A DNA stretch of 64,000 nucleotides, taken from positions 1 to 64,000 of the forward strand of contig CAVRAG010000007.1 of assembly GCA_963718895.1 (NCBI GenBank), written 5' to 3'. The first letter of the stretch is position 1. The number at the start of each line of letters is the position of its first letter. Both the position numbers and the translations under genes were made by a program. The DNA comes from an uncultured Nitrososphaerota archaeon (GTDB lineage: Archaea; Thermoproteota; Nitrososphaeria; Nitrososphaerales; Gagatemarchaeaceae). Of the stretch, positions 62,871 through 64,000 are shown one piece after another. A model generated the notes under the pieces. That model was not told where the DNA came from. It was given only the letters and a program-made list of their open reading frames with translations, and ran no database searches.

Positions 62871-64000
62871 CTACTGGCCGTTGACGAACTGGACTGTGTT
62901 GAAGATCGCCGTCGAGGACTGGCCGCTGAAGACCGGGTCTCCCAGGAAGCTCTTGACGATCTGGTTGTTGAAGACGATCGATCCGCCACCGAAGAACAGC
63001 TTTACGCTGCCCAGCCAGACGTAGGGCACATCGTGGGCGACCTGCGCCTGCGCTGCCGTGCACGCTGTCGTGATCGTGGAGGCAGGAGATCCGTTCGTGA
63101 GGTCGTTGACGCACGTCTGGACTATCGGGTTGGAGTAGATTGCGTAGTTGTTGGCCGACGTCGAGTTGCTCACCCATGTCAGCCATGAGTCTGCAGGGGT
63201 GGGCTCGTCGGGAGCGAAGGTCGCCGACCCGAACCACATTATCTGGGCGATGGTCTGGGACTCGTTGACCTCCTGCTGGTATGTTCCTGCGCCGGCGACG
63301 AGCGGGGGCGCGTACTGCGACGGAGGTGTCACCTCGATGTTCACCGGGATTCCGATTGCCGAGAGGTCATTCTGGACCACCTGTGCGGTGGTCAGGCAGA
63401 CCCCGCACCCCTGGAGGATGCGGAATTCGAGTGGCTGGAGACTCGCGGTATTCACGCCGCTGGCCGTGAGATCCGCTTTGGCTGTCGCCAGGTTGTAGCT
63501 GTAAGGAGGTATGTTCCCGAGGTCGTAGAGCTGCGTGTAGGGCGGATATCCTGGCCCCATCATTGGGTTCACTCCACCTCCCTGCTGGCCGAGGAACGCC
63601 TTGTTCGAGACGTCGGTGTAGTTGATCGCGTTCGCGATCGCCTGGCGGAAGAGGGTGATGTTGGTCGGGTAGCGCTGGGTGTTCAGTGCGATTGCGACTA
63701 TGTTGGCAGCCGTGCTGGGCTGGGTGAAGTACGAGAACTTCGCGTTGTTGATGATGTTCGACCAGTCAGCCTGGAGGATCGGCGCGATGTCCGCTCCGCC
63801 CGAGGTCAGGTCCGTGTACCTTGCCAGGTCGTCGGTCTTGGTCGTGATCACGACGTTCTTGACGTGTCCCGGGTCCATGTACGGGTTCGCCGCTATCTGT
63901 GCCGCAGTCCAGCCCTTTGCCCAGTATGTGGGGTTCTGCGTGAACTGCACGTAGGAGTTCACGGCGACGTTGGTGACCGTGTAGGGGCCCGTACCGGGGA
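62871..64000 (-). CDS. Second family 5 substrate-binding protein (5' part outside the window)
   Basis: Paralogous to 60641..62557 (GTGPY, DPGH, DDL.R.TDL, YPTNIT and IFNTV). Confidence 0.92.
   Translation of the reverse strand, partial: PGTGPYTVTNVAVNSYVQFTQNPTYWAKGWTAAQIAANPYMDPGHVKNVVITTKTDDLARYTDLTSGGADIAPILQADWSNIINNAKFSYFTQPSTAANIVAIALNTQRYPTNITLFRQAIANAINYTDVSNKAFLGQQGGGVNPMMGPGYPPYTQLYDLGNIPPYSYNLATAKADLTASGVNTASLQPLEFRILQGCGVCLTTAQVVQNDLSAIGIPVNIEVTPPSQYAPPLVAGAGTYQQEVNESQTIAQIMWFGSATFAPDEPTPADSWLTWVSNSTSANNYAIYSNPIVQTCVNDLTNGSPASTITTACTAAQAQVAHDVPYVWLGSVKLFFGGGSIVFNNQIVKSFLGDPVFSGQSSTAIFNTVQFVNGQ

Overview
The window joins two unrelated genomes at about 19,182. Bases 1-19,182 are Mycobacterium-type DNA. 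They hold a complete IS110-family (IS1111-type) element with a readable bridge/seek RNA, followed by the conserved mycobacterial block rluD-lspA-ansA-dinX-ileS, an Ile T-box, an Rv1535-like gene with an M-box riboswitch, nitronate monooxygenase and CMD genes, and a pks5/Mas-like type I PKS cut off inside its DH domain. Nearly every gene in this half has several 1-bp indels, which looks like long-read error. Bases 19,183-64,000 are high-GC archaeal DNA (TATA boxes, frequent AGG/ATA codons, archaeal families); I infer a Nitrososphaerota/Thaumarchaeota lineage. This half contains a degenerate KaiC-like signalling module and a roughly 10-kb toxin-antitoxin hotspot (DUF5678 plus retropepsin pair, PIN systems, AbiE, a TnpB right-end remnant, a duplicated gene 3' end). 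It also has V4R/MEDS sensor genes, a 10-kb surface cluster with three Spherulin-4 (GH135) and two PQQ-type beta-propeller proteins sharing an Ig-like repeat, and an Opp/Dpp ABC transporter embedded among redox and hydrolase genes. I saw no CRISPR array, rRNA or tRNA. All family calls come from motif recognition by eye, not database searches. Coordinates of frameshifted genes are approximate.
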